DNA of 64,000 nt from Acidimicrobiia bacterium (GTDB lineage: Bacteria > Actinomycetota > Acidimicrobiia > Spongiisociales > ZC4RG35), in contig JACCTH010000033.1 of NCBI GenBank assembly GCA_013812505.1, positions 20,853 to 84,852 of the forward strand. Reading direction: 5' to 3'. The position numbers and the translations under genes were made by a program. Numbering within the stretch: the stretch's first letter is position 1; each line of letters begins with the position of its first letter. The notes below the pieces were generated by a model, which was given only the letters and a program-made list of their open reading frames with translations, did not search any database and was not told the DNA's origin. Below, one piece after another: positions 46,865 through 57,257 of this stretch.

Positions 46865-48481
46865 ATGTCCGCCGCTCTCGTGACGATCGAAAAGCTCTGG
46901 AACGAACTCTACGACGGACGGCATCAAGAGGGGCTAGAAGCCTTCGTGGCCGGAGTCGAGCAATTCAAGGGCGAATATGCCTTGGCTCCGCTTCCCAACG
47001 AGTGGTACAAGGACGTGGTTGTCTACTCCGCCTACGTAGATCTTTTCAACGACAGCCTCGAGGGCCTGATCGAGAAGCTCGACTACTTGGAAAATCTCGG
47101 GGTGAGTTGTTTGTGGCTTCTGCCGATCCTCGAATCGCCGATGAAGGACGCCGGCTTTGACATCAGTGACTACACGAAGGTACGCGATGACCTAGCCGTC
47201 TCGAAGGATCGGAGCTCAGATCAGGTTTTCGACGACTTCGTTCAGGAAGCTCACAGGCGCGGTATCGCCATCATCTTCGACATAGCCTTGAACCACTCCT
47301 CGATCGAGCATCCCTGGTTCCAGTCGTCAAGAGATGACAAGAGCTCGCCCTATCGCGACTACTACATCTGGAGCGACACCGACGACCTCTATCGAGAGGC
47401 GCGCGTCATCTTCAAAGGGATGATGGACAGCAACTGGACCCGGCATGGCGACCAGTTCTACTTCCATCGCTTCTTCGACATCCAGCCCGACCTCAACTAC
47501 CACAACCCCAACGTGCTGGTCGAGATGACGATGATCCTGCTCGGATGGCTCGCTCGCGGTGTCGACGGGTTCCGAGCCGATGCCGTCCCCTATCTCTGGA
47601 AAGAGGCCGGGACGAACTGCGAGAACCTCCCGAAGACGCACATCGTGGTCAAGATTCTCCGGGCGGCCACTGACTATCTGCGGCCTGGCACCGTCCTCGT
47701 GGCCGAGGCCAACCAACCTCCCCAAGAAGTTGCCGCGTATTTTGGCGACGGGGACGAATGCTCGGCCGCCTACCACTTCCCGTTGATGCCCCGCATGTAT
47801 AAGGCCATTGCCCAGGCAGACCGGCGAGCGATCACCGATACGTTGAGCGCCGACTTCACCCCTCCGATTCCGGCGAGCTGCCAGTGGTTCACTTTTCTGC
47901 GTTGCCACGACGAGCTGACCCTTGAGATGGTGACCCCGGAGGAGCGCAAGCTGATTTACGACTACTACGTCCGTGACCCGCTGTGGGATTTCCGACGAGG
48001 CGAAGGAATCTCCTCCCGACTCGCCCCACTCCTAGGAAACGACCCTCGCCGCGTCAATCTCCTCAACGCCATCCTGTTGACGCTGATTGGAACGCCGATC
48101 ATCTACTACGGCGACGAGGTCGCGAAGGGAAACGATCGCGCTTACTACGACCAAAGAGTTGCTGAGACTGGTTACCCGGATTCACGGAACCTGGCACGGG
48201 GCCCGATGGATTGGGATGTCATCGAATCAGACCTTGCCAACTCCGCGAGCCTGGCCTCGCAAGTGTTCTTCCCACTGAAGGCCTTGATCGCGAGGCGGCG
48301 CAGCTCACAGACCTTCTCTCGCGGCCAACTCGATTTCGTCGACGTGGGTGACAACCGCGTCCTCGCCTTCACACGTACCCTCGGCGCTGATCAGGTTTTG
48401 ATCATGGCGAATCTCTCCGATCAAACGGTGAACGTGGCTGCGGCCGAGTTGGCGCCTTTCGACTTCACAATTCGTCCCTAG
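46865..48481 (+). CDS. treS: GH13 alpha-amylase-family enzyme, trehalose synthase (maltose alpha-D-glucosyltransferase)-like
   Basis: WYKDVVVYSAYVDLF..LDYLENLGVSCLWLLPI..SP..DAGFDISDY, GFRADAVPYLWKEAGTNCENLPKTH and EANQPPQEVAAYFGDGDECSAAYHFPLMPR closely follow TreS signatures. Confidence 0.6.
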   Translation: MSAALVTIEKLWNELYDGRHQEGLEAFVAGVEQFKGEYALAPLPNEWYKDVVVYSAYVDLFNDSLEGLIEKLDYLENLGVSCLWLLPILESPMKDAGFDISDYTKVRDDLAVSKDRSSDQVFDDFVQEAHRRGIAIIFDIALNHSSIEHPWFQSSRDDKSSPYRDYYIWSDTDDLYREARVIFKGMMDSNWTRHGDQFYFHRFFDIQPDLNYHNPNVLVEMTMILLGWLARGVDGFRADAVPYLWKEAGTNCENLPKTHIVVKILRAATDYLRPGTVLVAEANQPPQEVAAYFGDGDECSAAYHFPLMPRMYKAIAQADRRAITDTLSADFTPPIPASCQWFTFLRCHDELTLEMVTPEERKLIYDYYVRDPLWDFRRGEGISSRLAPLLGNDPRRVNLLNAILLTLIGTPIIYYGDEVAKGNDRAYYDQRVAETGYPDSRNLARGPMDWDVIESDLANSASLASQVFFPLKALIARRRSSQTFSRGQLDFVDVGDNRVLAFTRTLGADQVLIMANLSDQTVNVAAAELAPFDFTIRP

Positions 48482-48492
48482 CCTGCGAACCC

Positions 48493-49590
48493 GTGGAACC
48501 GACGCTTCCTCGATCTGCCTACGTTGACCTTGAGCATTTCCGGGCTGAGCGAGAACGGATCTTTTTCCGACAATGGTTCTGTGTCGGGCGCCAAGAGGAG
48601 CTGCCCGGTGCCGGCGATCACCTGGTCTGCGATGTAGCCGGTGAGAGCATCCTTGTCACCAGAACCCGGCAGGGGGACCTCGCGGCCTACTACAACGTTT
48701 GCCGGCACCGGGGCTCGGTGTTGAGCGCCGAGCCGGGCAAGCCCAGTCAGGCCGAAATCGGCCCGACCGGGACGTTCCGAGGATCGATTCAGTGCCCGTA
48801 TCACAACTGGACCTACTCGTTTACAGGCGAACTCCGCGCCGCGCGGTTCCTCGACGAGGATTTCGACAGGGCAACGCTGCCGCTTCATCACGTCGCAGTA
48901 CGCATGTGGAACGGCTGGATCTGGGTCAACCTGGAGCCGGCCACGGCCCCGAGCCTCGAAGAACAGGTAGCTGTTCCGGGCGGCTATCTCGATCGCTACC
49001 CGTTAGGTGAACTGCAGTCAGCCCACCGAATTGTTTATCAGGTCGAGGCGAACTGGAAAGCGATCGTTGAGAACTACAACGAGTGTTATCACTGCGGACC
49101 AATCCATCCCGAACTTTGTGAGTTGGTCCCGGCCTTCCGTCAAGGCGGAGGAGCCAACCTCGATTGGAAGAATGGAATCGAGCATCGCGACGGTGCCTGG
49201 ACTTTCACCATTAGCGGGACCACCACGCGCCAACCCTTCCCCGGTCTCAGCGACACCGAGTTGACCAGGCACAAGGGCCAGCTCCTCTATCCGAACTTGA
49301 TGTTGAGCCTGTCCGCTGACCATGTCACGGCCTTCATCCTCTGGCCGCAGGGTCCCGCCGCGACCACTGTTGTTTGCGACTTCCTTTTCCATCCGGATGA
49401 AATAGCGAAGCCCGACTTTGATCCCTCCGACGCCGTCGACTTCTGGGACATGGTGAATCGCCAGGACTGGCGGGCGTGCACGCTTGTCCAGCGCGGGATG
49501 ACGTCGCGTCGTTTCGAGCACGGTTTCTACGCACCAATGGAGGACTGGTCGAAGGACATTCGTCGTTACATCGACGAATCGCTGCAGTAG
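48493..49590 (+). CDS. Rieske non-heme iron oxygenase, alpha subunit-like
   Basis: Rieske ligands CRHRGS...CPYHNWTY. N-terminus YVDLEHFRAERERIFFRQW. The catalytic-domain motif is NYNECYHCGPIHPE. Confidence 0.8.
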   Translation: MEPTLPRSAYVDLEHFRAERERIFFRQWFCVGRQEELPGAGDHLVCDVAGESILVTRTRQGDLAAYYNVCRHRGSVLSAEPGKPSQAEIGPTGTFRGSIQCPYHNWTYSFTGELRAARFLDEDFDRATLPLHHVAVRMWNGWIWVNLEPATAPSLEEQVAVPGGYLDRYPLGELQSAHRIVYQVEANWKAIVENYNECYHCGPIHPELCELVPAFRQGGGANLDWKNGIEHRDGAWTFTISGTTTRQPFPGLSDTELTRHKGQLLYPNLMLSLSADHVTAFILWPQGPAATTVVCDFLFHPDEIAKPDFDPSDAVDFWDMVNRQDWRACTLVQRGMTSRRFEHGFYAPMEDWSKDIRRYIDESLQ

Positions 49591-49596
49591 CTGTTT

Positions 49597-50448
49597 TTAG
49601 GACCAACTCGGCAAAGGCGCGAGAAAGTCAACGATGAGCTTGGACAGTCGCTCGGGCACCTCCAGTCCGATCATGTGGGCGACATCTTTCCAAATGACTG
49701 CCGTTGCATTGGGCGCATTGGCCGCGAGATACTCGGCGGTCTGGGCAACCTCGGTCGCGTCGAGCGAGCCCGCCACCGCCAGTACAGGCTGCGAGAGCTC
49801 GCCGAGACGCTCGCTCGCCGGTGGGCGGAGCCGGACCGGCCGGGCCTGAACTCGGTTTGAGTCGTAGTGGTCGGAATCCATGCTGCGAACCAAGTCGCGG
49901 ATCGCAGCCGGGACCCGATCAGTGGGCTGGCCGGGGCCGTCGACCCAGAAGGTGACGTCAAGGTCCACGAGCGCCTGCAGAGCCTCAAGGTCGCCAGACG
50001 ACTTTTCGAGCCGCTTCTCGAGCGCTTCCATGTTCTCGAACGCCGCAAGCTCTTCGGGGGTGGGATCGCCTTCGAATCCGCCAAGACCGGCGCCGACGCC
50101 GATCACAGCCACGACCCGGTCCGGCGACTCGATCGCCGCGTCAAGCGCAATCCTGCCGCCCATTGAGTTGCCAACGAGGGCGGCCCGACCGATCCCGAGA
50201 GTGTCGAGGAGAACGAGGAGGTCTGCCGTGTCCGAGAACTCGACATGCTCGGTGACCGTTTTCCCGAACCCGCGACGGTCGTAGCTCACCACTCGGTGAC
50301 CCGTCTCGACGAGGAGCGGAGTTAACGCGTCCCACGCCCTCGAATCGGCGATGCCGGCGTGGAGGAGGACGATTGGTGGGCCTGCACGATCGCCCTGGTC
50401 GACGACGTGGAGGGTGGCACCGGGGACGGTGACCGAGGAAGTCAGCAT
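49597..50448 (-). CDS. alpha/beta-fold hydrolase
   Basis: PIVLLHAGIADSRAWD and nucleophile elbow GNSMGG. ATG 50448 lies within ORF 49597..50463. Confidence 0.75.
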   Translation of the reverse strand: MLTSSVTVPGATLHVVDQGDRAGPPIVLLHAGIADSRAWDALTPLLVETGHRVVSYDRRGFGKTVTEHVEFSDTADLLVLLDTLGIGRAALVGNSMGGRIALDAAIESPDRVVAVIGVGAGLGGFEGDPTPEELAAFENMEALEKRLEKSSGDLEALQALVDLDVTFWVDGPGQPTDRVPAAIRDLVRSMDSDHYDSNRVQARPVRLRPPASERLGELSQPVLAVAGSLDATEVAQTAEYLAANAPNATAVIWKDVAHMIGLEVPERLSKLIVDFLAPLPSWS

Positions 50449-50466
50449 CACCGTAAGGTACAAGCG

Positions 50467-51643
50467 GTGGCCGGTGCATCGACCGATTACAGGGTGATAG
50501 TTCTCGGTCTTGGCGGAATCGGGAGTGCGGCCGCTTACTGGGCGTCAAAGCGCCTCGGAGCCGAGGCGTTGGGCATCGAACAGTTCGCCTTTGGTCACAC
50601 TCGCGGTGGGTCTGAGGATCACAGCCGGATTATTCGCCCTCTCCTATCACCGGAGCGACTACGTGCAGCTGGCGAAGCGAGCGTTTGAGGCTTGGGACGC
50701 TCTCGCTGAAGACGCGGGGGAGGCGCTGGTCCTCAAAACCGGAGGGCTCGATCTCTGCGGACCCGAAAGCGCCATCGGTCTTGACGATTACCGGCGGGCT
50801 ATGACCGAGACCGGAGTGGAGTTCGAGGAAGTAGATGCAGTGGAGATCCGCCGCCGGTGGCCGCAGTGGCGGATCGCCGATGAGGTCGAGGGCATTTACC
50901 AGGAACGGGCCGGCATCGCGATGGCGACTCGCGCCAACGCCGCCCACCGGCGACTCGCTCAAACGAACGGTGCGACCTTGCTTGAAAAGGCGGCTGTGAC
51001 CGAGATTCGAGAAGTCGGAGGCGAGGTGGAAGTCGTCGCCGGCGATCGGGCCTTCCGAGCCGAGAAGTTGATCATCGCGGCCGGCGCCTGGACCAACCAG
51101 GCCCTTTCGCATCTCGGACTTGAGTTCCCACTCGATGTCTCCCTCGAGCAGGTCGTCTACTTCGACTCAACCAAACTCGACGCGTTCGCGCCCGATCGAT
51201 TCCCGGTTTGGATTTGGATGGACGTGCCCTGCTTCTACGGGTTCCCGGTTTTCGGAAAGCCGGCAGTCAAGGTTTCTTGGGATCGCTGCGAGGTCTTTAC
51301 CGATCCTGACCACCGGCCCTTCGAACCGGACCCGGCTACCACCCGAGCGATTGCCGACTTCACCGGCCGCCATCTACCCGATGCCCTCGGTCCGGTGCGT
51401 CTTGCCAAGACCTGCCTTTACACCCTGACTCCGGATCGTGACTTCATCATCGACCGCGTGCCCGGCACAGAGTCCGTTTTTGTCGCCGTTGGCGCCGGAC
51501 ATGCTTTCAAGTTCGCGTCACTTATCGGAAAAGCACTCTCCGATCTCGCGATTGAAGGGCACAGCGACCTCGACCTCTCACCCTTCCGCGCCGACCGCGC
51601 GATCCTCACCGAGCCGAATCCGGTTCGCTCCTACATGGTCTAA
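50467..51643 (+). pseudogene. monomeric sarcosine oxidase / N-methyl-L-tryptophan oxidase family FAD enzyme, one frameshift
   Basis: ORF 50359..50688 gives DYRVIVLGLGGIGSAAAYW...GGSEDHSRIIR. ORF 50510..51643 continues LSYHRSDYVQLA... and ends with KTCLYTLTPDRDFIID (covalent-FAD Cys region). The shift lies in the CCC run at 50637-50639. GTG 50467 is the proposed start. Confidence 0.75.
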
Positions 51644-51651
51644 TTAAGAAC

Positions 51652-51682
51652 CGAAGACACGAAGACCCGAAGACCCAAGACC
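51652..51682. repeat. tandem octamer repeat CGAAGACA-CGAAGACC-CGAAGACC-CAAGACC
   Basis: Fills most of the 41-bp gap between two convergent stop codons. Confidence 0.65.
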
Positions 51683-51684
51683 AA

Positions 51685-52638
51685 TCAGCCAGCGACAGCG
51701 ATCGCCTTGACCGCCCAGCAGGCCGCTTCGCGAGTCGCGGCTGCCGAAATGATGGCGGGGTCCTCGCCACGACAGCGTTCGGCGATGCCCAGACGCTCGG
51801 ACTCACCGGATTGCAAGACCGGGCAGCGAGGGTGGAACCGGCACCCGGAAGGGATCCGCTTGGGGTCGGGGATCTCCCCGCTGAGAATCTGCTGTTCCAT
51901 CCCTCGCGTTTCCGGAACGACCGAGAGCAACGCCTTGGTGTAAGGGTGTTTCGGAGAATCGAGCAGCTCTTCGGTGGGTCCGACCTCGATGATCCGGCCG
52001 AGATACATCACCGCGACCCGGTCGGCGATGTTCCAGGCCAGACCGAGATCATGGGTCACAACCAACACCGCCAGGCCGGTCGTGTCGACCAGATTTCTCA
52101 GCAGGCCCAGGATCTCGCCGCGGATCGAGGCGTCGAGGCTCGCTACGGGCTCATCGGCCAAGAGGAGTCGGGGTTCTGTGACCATGGCGCCGGCGATGAC
52201 GACGCGCTGGCGTTGACCTCCGGAGATCTCGTGTGGGAAACGGCGCAGGAATCGTTCCGGGGGTCTTAATCCAGCCCGGCTCAACGCCGTCGAGACCGCC
52301 TCGGCTTCATTGCCTTTGAACTTCTCGATCCGCAACCCCTCGGCCACGATCTCGGAAACGGTGCGCCGAGGGTTCAGCGCGCCCGTCGGGTCTTGAAAGA
52401 CCATCTGCACGTCGGGCAGATGCCGCGCATCGGCTTCCTTTCCCTCAAACAGAACTTTTCCGCTTGTGGGGTGAGTCAGTCCCTGGATCGCTCGGATCAA
52501 AGTCGTTTTCCCCGACCCCGACTCGCCGACCAGTGCGAGCACTTCGCCCGGCATCACCGCGAGGTTGACGCCATCGACCGCGCGGGCAGCCCCGAAATGA
52601 ATGTGAAGGTCCTCGACGACCACCAGCGCCTCAGTCAT
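51685..52638 (-). CDS. oligopeptide/dipeptide ABC transporter ATP-binding protein (OppF/DppF-like)
   Basis: Walker A GESGSGKTT, signature ISGGQRQR, and the C-terminal Cys-rich oligopeptide-type extension (CRFHPRCP). ATG 52638 lies within ORF 51685..52749. Confidence 0.85.
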   Translation of the reverse strand: MTEALVVVEDLHIHFGAARAVDGVNLAVMPGEVLALVGESGSGKTTLIRAIQGLTHPTSGKVLFEGKEADARHLPDVQMVFQDPTGALNPRRTVSEIVAEGLRIEKFKGNEAEAVSTALSRAGLRPPERFLRRFPHEISGGQRQRVVIAGAMVTEPRLLLADEPVASLDASIRGEILGLLRNLVDTTGLAVLVVTHDLGLAWNIADRVAVMYLGRIIEVGPTEELLDSPKHPYTKALLSVVPETRGMEQQILSGEIPDPKRIPSGCRFHPRCPVLQSGESERLGIAERCRGEDPAIISAAATREAACWAVKAIAVAG

Positions 52639-53600
52639 GGACGCGCCAGAATGCAGGCCGCCTCCTGCGCGGGCCCCGACGGAAGCAGCGGCGGTTCGGC
52701 GTCTCGGCAGCGGTCGATGGCGTCGGGGCAGCGGGGATGGAAAGGACACCCGGCAGGGAGTGCCGCCGGGTCGGGCGGATCACCCTTGAGGCCAGACGGA
52801 TTCATCCGCGATTCACGATCGCCGATTGTTGGGAAGGCCGCGGCGAGAGCCCGGGTATACGGATGGGTGGGCCGTTCGAAGACCTGGTCACTCGGTCCCC
52901 GCTCGACGATCCTCCCGGCATACATCACTGCCAGCCGATCGCACACATAGGTCAGCACCGATAGGTCATGGGTGATGAAGATCATTGAAAGCTGCCGCTC
53001 CGCCCGCAGTTTTTCGAGGACGGCCAGCACCTGCGCCTGCACCATGAGGTCCAAAGCGGTGGTGGGCTCGTCGGCGATCAACAGATCAGGGTCGCAAGCC
53101 AGAGCCATGGCGATCAGCACCCGCTGGCGCTGGCCACCAGACAACTGATGCGGATAGTCTTCTGCTCGGTTGGCCGGGATCCCGACCTGCCCCAGCAAGT
53201 CGACGGCCCGTTTCTCGGCCGCCTTCTTGTCGGGCTCGGTCTTGTGGAGGATGATGGGCTCGGTGATCTGATCGATCACGCGTTGCACCGGGTTGAGGGC
53301 GTGCAGGGCACCTTGGAAGACGATCGCCGCGCCGGTCCACCGGACCGCCCGCAGACGTCCCGGCTTCATAGTCAGCACGTCCTCCTCGCCGAGAAGGACC
53401 TCGCCGGTCGTGGTGATCCCTGCCGGGAGCAGACGGAGGATGGCGTTGGCCATCGTGGATTTTCCGCACCCGGACTCGCCGGCCAGACCCAACGACCCGC
53501 CTGGTTCCAACTCGAAGCTGACTCCGCGCACCGCCGGCACCTCGCCCTGGCTGGTTCTGTAGGTGACCGTCAGATCACGCACCGACAGGAGGGCCGTCAT
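52635..53600 (-). CDS. oligopeptide/dipeptide ABC transporter ATP-binding protein (OppD/DppD-like)
   Basis: [14 protein letters not shown].., Walker [10 protein letters not shown], signature LSGGQRQR and [11 protein letters not shown] 53600 is preferred; the 535-aa ORF 52635..54242 is an artefactual extension. Confidence 0.85.
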   Translation of the reverse strand: MTALLSVRDLTVTYRTSQGEVPAVRGVSFELEPGGSLGLAGESGCGKSTMANAILRLLPAGITTTGEVLLGEEDVLTMKPGRLRAVRWTGAAIVFQGALHALNPVQRVIDQITEPIILHKTEPDKKAAEKRAVDLLGQVGIPANRAEDYPHQLSGGQRQRVLIAMALACDPDLLIADEPTTALDLMVQAQVLAVLEKLRAERQLSMIFITHDLSVLTYVCDRLAVMYAGRIVERGPSDQVFERPTHPYTRALAAAFPTIGDRESRMNPSGLKGDPPDPAALPAGCPFHPRCPDAIDRCRDAEPPLLPSGPAQEAACILARP

Positions 53601-54490
53601 CGCCGATCCTTGAGACGGGGATCGACGATTTGTTCGAGTGTCTGGCCGATAAGGGTGAAGGCCAGCACCACCAAGACGATGCCGACGCCGGCGGGCAGGT
53701 AATACCACCAGGCGTTGCGCGCGATGGCCCCATTGACAAAGGCCTCTTCCAGGGTCTTGCCCCACGAAGCGGTTTGGGGATTGCCCAACCCGAGAAACGA
53801 CAACGTGGTTTCGGTGAGGATCGAGATCGGCACGGCGAGAGTGGTGTTGGCCAGAATCAGACCGCTCACGTTCGGAAGGATGTGTTGACGGACGACGTGC
53901 AAACCGGAGCCCCCGAGCGATCGCGAACGGTCGACGAACGTTCGTTGCTTCAGGGTGAGGACCTGGGACCTGACCAGGCGTGCGGTCGAGGGCCACGAGG
54001 TGATGCCGATCACGAAGATCATGTTCAAGAGCGACCGCCCCAACACGGCGGCGAGAACGATGGCGAGGGGGAGAAACGGAATCACGAGGAACCACTCTGT
54101 GATCCGCATCAGGGCCGAATCCAATTTGCCACCGACGAATCCCGAGACGATTCCGACTGCCGATCCGATGAGAATCGTAAGAAACGAGGCCGCAAGCCCG
54201 ACGAGGAGGCTGATCCGCGAGCCGTAGACGAACTGGTCCCACACCGACCTACGGAAGTGGTCGGTGCCGAGCGGCCCAACCTCGGCGGGTGTGCCCCACT
54301 GGGGCAGGCCTGCAGCTCTGGCTTTGACCGGGTTGATGTAGTCGGTTCCGGCAACGAGAGGGGCGGCGATGGCCAAGATGACGAAGAAGGCGAGAATGAT
54401 CACGCCGATGCGCCCCGACCTCGCCTGCCAAAACTCCCTAGCGACCTCGACCCATCGTTGGCGCTTGCGGTCCCCGACGACGACGGTCAT
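53597..54490 (-). CDS. peptide ABC transporter permease (OppC/DppC-like)
   Basis: 6-TM binding-protein-dependent permease. 4-bp overlaps on both sides. Confidence 0.8.
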   Translation of the reverse strand: MTVVVGDRKRQRWVEVAREFWQARSGRIGVIILAFFVILAIAAPLVAGTDYINPVKARAAGLPQWGTPAEVGPLGTDHFRRSVWDQFVYGSRISLLVGLAASFLTILIGSAVGIVSGFVGGKLDSALMRITEWFLVIPFLPLAIVLAAVLGRSLLNMIFVIGITSWPSTARLVRSQVLTLKQRTFVDRSRSLGGSGLHVVRQHILPNVSGLILANTTLAVPISILTETTLSFLGLGNPQTASWGKTLEEAFVNGAIARNAWWYYLPAGVGIVLVVLAFTLIGQTLEQIVDPRLKDRR

Positions 54491-55452
54491 GTTCGAACTC
54501 GCGGGTCAAGGCGGCCGTAGACAAGATCGGCAATCAAGTTGAAGAGGATCACAGCCGCGCTGAAGAGAAGGAACAAGCCTTGCAGCATTGGCAGATCGGG
54601 GCCACGGATCGCGTCGCTGGTCGCTTTGCCCAGCCCGGACCAGGAGAACACGGTCTCAACCGCGATCGCTCCGGACAGGACGAATCCAAAGTTGATGGCG
54701 CTCAGGGTTACAACCGGGAGAAGAGCATTTGGTAACGCATGCCGGTTGCGCACCTTGATATCGCGGAGACCTTTGGCTCTGGCAACGACCAGGTAGTCCT
54801 CTTTCATCGTCTCGAGCAGTGAGCTTCGAGCAACGATGGCGTACTCGCCGAGATAGGCCAGGGTCAAAGTCAGGGCCGGCAAAGCAATGTGGTGCGCTTG
54901 GTCGAGCAACCGTCCAATGCCAGCGCGCGAAGACCCTGCGTCGATAATTCCCCCGACGGGGAAAATCCCCGTAATGATCGCGCCGCCCACCAAGAGCAGC
55001 ATCCCCAGCCAAAAGTCCGGCATTGAGTAGAACAACATGGTTGAGGTGGTGATGCTGTAGTCGGTCTTCGTTCCCCGCCGCCACGCGGCCGCCACTCCCA
55101 GCGCAGTACCGATCACCGCCGAAAGTACAGCCGAGGTTCCGACCAACGCAACGGTGGCGGGAATCTTTGATTTGATCTCATTCCAGACCGGCTGCCGGCT
55201 TTGGTAGGAGAGCCCGAGGTTCAGCTGCGCCGTCTGCTGGAGATAGTCGACGAACTGTCCGCCGAGCGGCTTGTCGAGGCCGAACTCGGCCCGTAGTTGG
55301 TCAAGCCTTTCCTGCGGGATGTTGCGGCCGCGAAACAACGTTGCCACCGGGTCGGTCTGCACGACTCGAAAGAGGAAGAAGTTGAAAACAAGGACGAAGC
55401 CCAGCGTGATCAATGCACCAGCGACCTTGCCGATCGCAAAGCGAGCGTTCAC
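54487..55452 (-). CDS. peptide ABC transporter permease (OppB/DppB-like)
   Basis: MNARFAIGKVAGALITLGFVLVFNFFLFRV.. is a typical DppB N-terminus. It also carries the EAA-type loop region. Confidence 0.8.
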   Translation of the reverse strand: MNARFAIGKVAGALITLGFVLVFNFFLFRVVQTDPVATLFRGRNIPQERLDQLRAEFGLDKPLGGQFVDYLQQTAQLNLGLSYQSRQPVWNEIKSKIPATVALVGTSAVLSAVIGTALGVAAAWRRGTKTDYSITTSTMLFYSMPDFWLGMLLLVGGAIITGIFPVGGIIDAGSSRAGIGRLLDQAHHIALPALTLTLAYLGEYAIVARSSLLETMKEDYLVVARAKGLRDIKVRNRHALPNALLPVVTLSAINFGFVLSGAIAVETVFSWSGLGKATSDAIRGPDLPMLQGLFLLFSAAVILFNLIADLVYGRLDPRVRT

Positions 55453-57200
55453 TCGCGCTCGTCAGCAGTCGCCCGCTTCCTCTGCGCGTTGGCCAGGACT
55501 AAAGCAACGACCCCCAATACAACGACTCCGGCGACGATCAAGACCAGCGGGCTGATGCCGCCGCCGACCACCCCTCCAACCGGTTGCAACTGAAAGTAAG
55601 AAGGCGAGGTGTTGGAGAACATCACCGGCCCGATGTCGGCCGGTTGGCGGACCCAGCCTTCGAAACGATCCGTGCGGTAGGCCTGCAGATCAGGGGAGTA
55701 GTAGATCGGGTAATAGACCCCGGCGTCATACATGATCCGGAGCATCTCGTGGACGATTTCCTTGCGCCGGTCGGGATCGAGTTCTTGTTTTTGCTCCTCG
55801 TAGAGCGCGTCATATTCGGGGTCGGTCCAGTTGGCGTCGTTGTAGTTACCGATCTCGGCACTTGTGAAATACGAGAGCATGGGATCGGGATCGACGAACG
55901 GTGTCCATCCCCACACGAAGGTGTCGTAGTCACCGGCGATGATGACCTCGAAAAGTTGCCCACCGTCGTAACTGTTGAGTTCTACCCCTAAGCCGATTAC
56001 CTCCATCCATCCTGGGAAGAGCTCGCCGATGGCGGGGTACGTGTTGGAGTCGGTGTTGACGCCGTGGCGGAGAACGATGTTGTCGCCACCGCCAGGCATC
56101 TCCCTGATGCCGTCGCCGTCGGTGTCGAGATATCCGGCTTCGTCGAGCAAGGCGTTGGCGCCGGCAACGTCGTAGGCAATTTGCTCGTCTTCAGGGATAT
56201 CCGGCACCCAACTTGGGTCGGCCGACGGAGAGATTGTCGTCGCCGGCTCACCGAAACCGGCGAGCACGTCCTCGATCACCGCCTCTTTGTCGATAGCCAT
56301 GCCAATCGCCCGGCGGACGATCGGGTCGAGAAGCGCGGGATGGGGCTGACCTTCGGCAGCGCCACCATTGATCGCGAGTTCATCAAACCCGCCCTGGTAA
56401 CCGGCGATGGCGACGATGTTGGGATCGTCATCCAGGGTCGCCATCGACTCCTCGGCTACATCGTGGATAGCGTCAAGCTCGCCAGCTTGAAGGGCCGCGA
56501 CCCTGGCATCGGCATTGGTGAAGATCTGGAAGACGATGGTGTCGATCGCGGGCTCGCCCTGCCAATAGTTGGGATTCGCGCGCATGCGAACGAACTGCTC
56601 TGGCTCGTACTGTTCGATGAAGAACGGTCCGCTCCCCACCCCATCGAGGGCTTCATACGACGTGACGGCCTCGCCGTCGGGCGCAATCGGCTCCCAGATG
56701 TGCTTGGGGACGATGTAGACGTCCATCGTCGGAAGCTTGGGGTCTGGAACGAGGCTCGTGATCTCGACCGTGCGGTCGTCGATGGCGACGGCGTCGAGGT
56801 TGACCGTGGTGGCAACGTGGTTTCCCCACCCCTGATCACGTGAAGTGTTGATCGTCCACGCCACGTCTTCGGCAGTCAGTGGCGTGTCGTCCGACCAAAG
56901 CAGTCCCTCTCGCAAGGTATAGGTATAAGTCAGTCCGTCGTCGGAGGCATCCCATGATTCAGCGAGTCCCTCGATTGTCGAGAAGTCGTCGGCGGACTTG
57001 TCGGTGAGGGTCGCGTACTGGAGGTTCCAGATCTCATAAACCGAGACTTCAAAGCCCGCTGTGACATTCAAGGTCGTCCATGGCTGGCCAAGCCCGACGC
57101 GAAGCACCACCCCTTCCTCTTCGGTTGTCGCCGACGCCAGCGACGCGCCCAGCATCATCGTCAGTACCAAAACCAAAAGCATCCAACGCCTCAAACGCAC
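55449..57200 (-). CDS. family-5 (peptide/nickel) ABC substrate-binding protein with a C-terminal TM anchor
   Basis: Signal peptide MRLRRWMLLVLVLTMMLGASLASA without a lipobox Cys. SBP_bac_5-like body. The C-terminus ISPLVLIVAGVVVLGVVALVLANAQRKR is a hydrophobic helix plus basic tail. Confidence 0.8.
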   Translation of the reverse strand: MRLRRWMLLVLVLTMMLGASLASATTEEEGVVLRVGLGQPWTTLNVTAGFEVSVYEIWNLQYATLTDKSADDFSTIEGLAESWDASDDGLTYTYTLREGLLWSDDTPLTAEDVAWTINTSRDQGWGNHVATTVNLDAVAIDDRTVEITSLVPDPKLPTMDVYIVPKHIWEPIAPDGEAVTSYEALDGVGSGPFFIEQYEPEQFVRMRANPNYWQGEPAIDTIVFQIFTNADARVAALQAGELDAIHDVAEESMATLDDDPNIVAIAGYQGGFDELAINGGAAEGQPHPALLDPIVRRAIGMAIDKEAVIEDVLAGFGEPATTISPSADPSWVPDIPEDEQIAYDVAGANALLDEAGYLDTDGDGIREMPGGGDNIVLRHGVNTDSNTYPAIGELFPGWMEVIGLGVELNSYDGGQLFEVIIAGDYDTFVWGWTPFVDPDPMLSYFTSAEIGNYNDANWTDPEYDALYEEQKQELDPDRRKEIVHEMLRIMYDAGVYYPIYYSPDLQAYRTDRFEGWVRQPADIGPVMFSNTSPSYFQLQPVGGVVGGGISPLVLIVAGVVVLGVVALVLANAQRKRATADERE

Positions 57201-57257
57201 CTCCTCGGGTCTGTCGAGGGTAGGTCAAGACAGGGAGCGTCGGCTACCTTCAACGGG

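Noticed and set aside
52635-54242. A 535-aa ORF suggesting a very large DppD-like protein.
   Set aside because: Only the C-terminal 321 aa (from ATG 53600, [10 protein letters not shown]...) are ABC-ATPase-like. The N-terminal extension overlaps the real permease gene (53597..54490) out of frame and is low-complexity.
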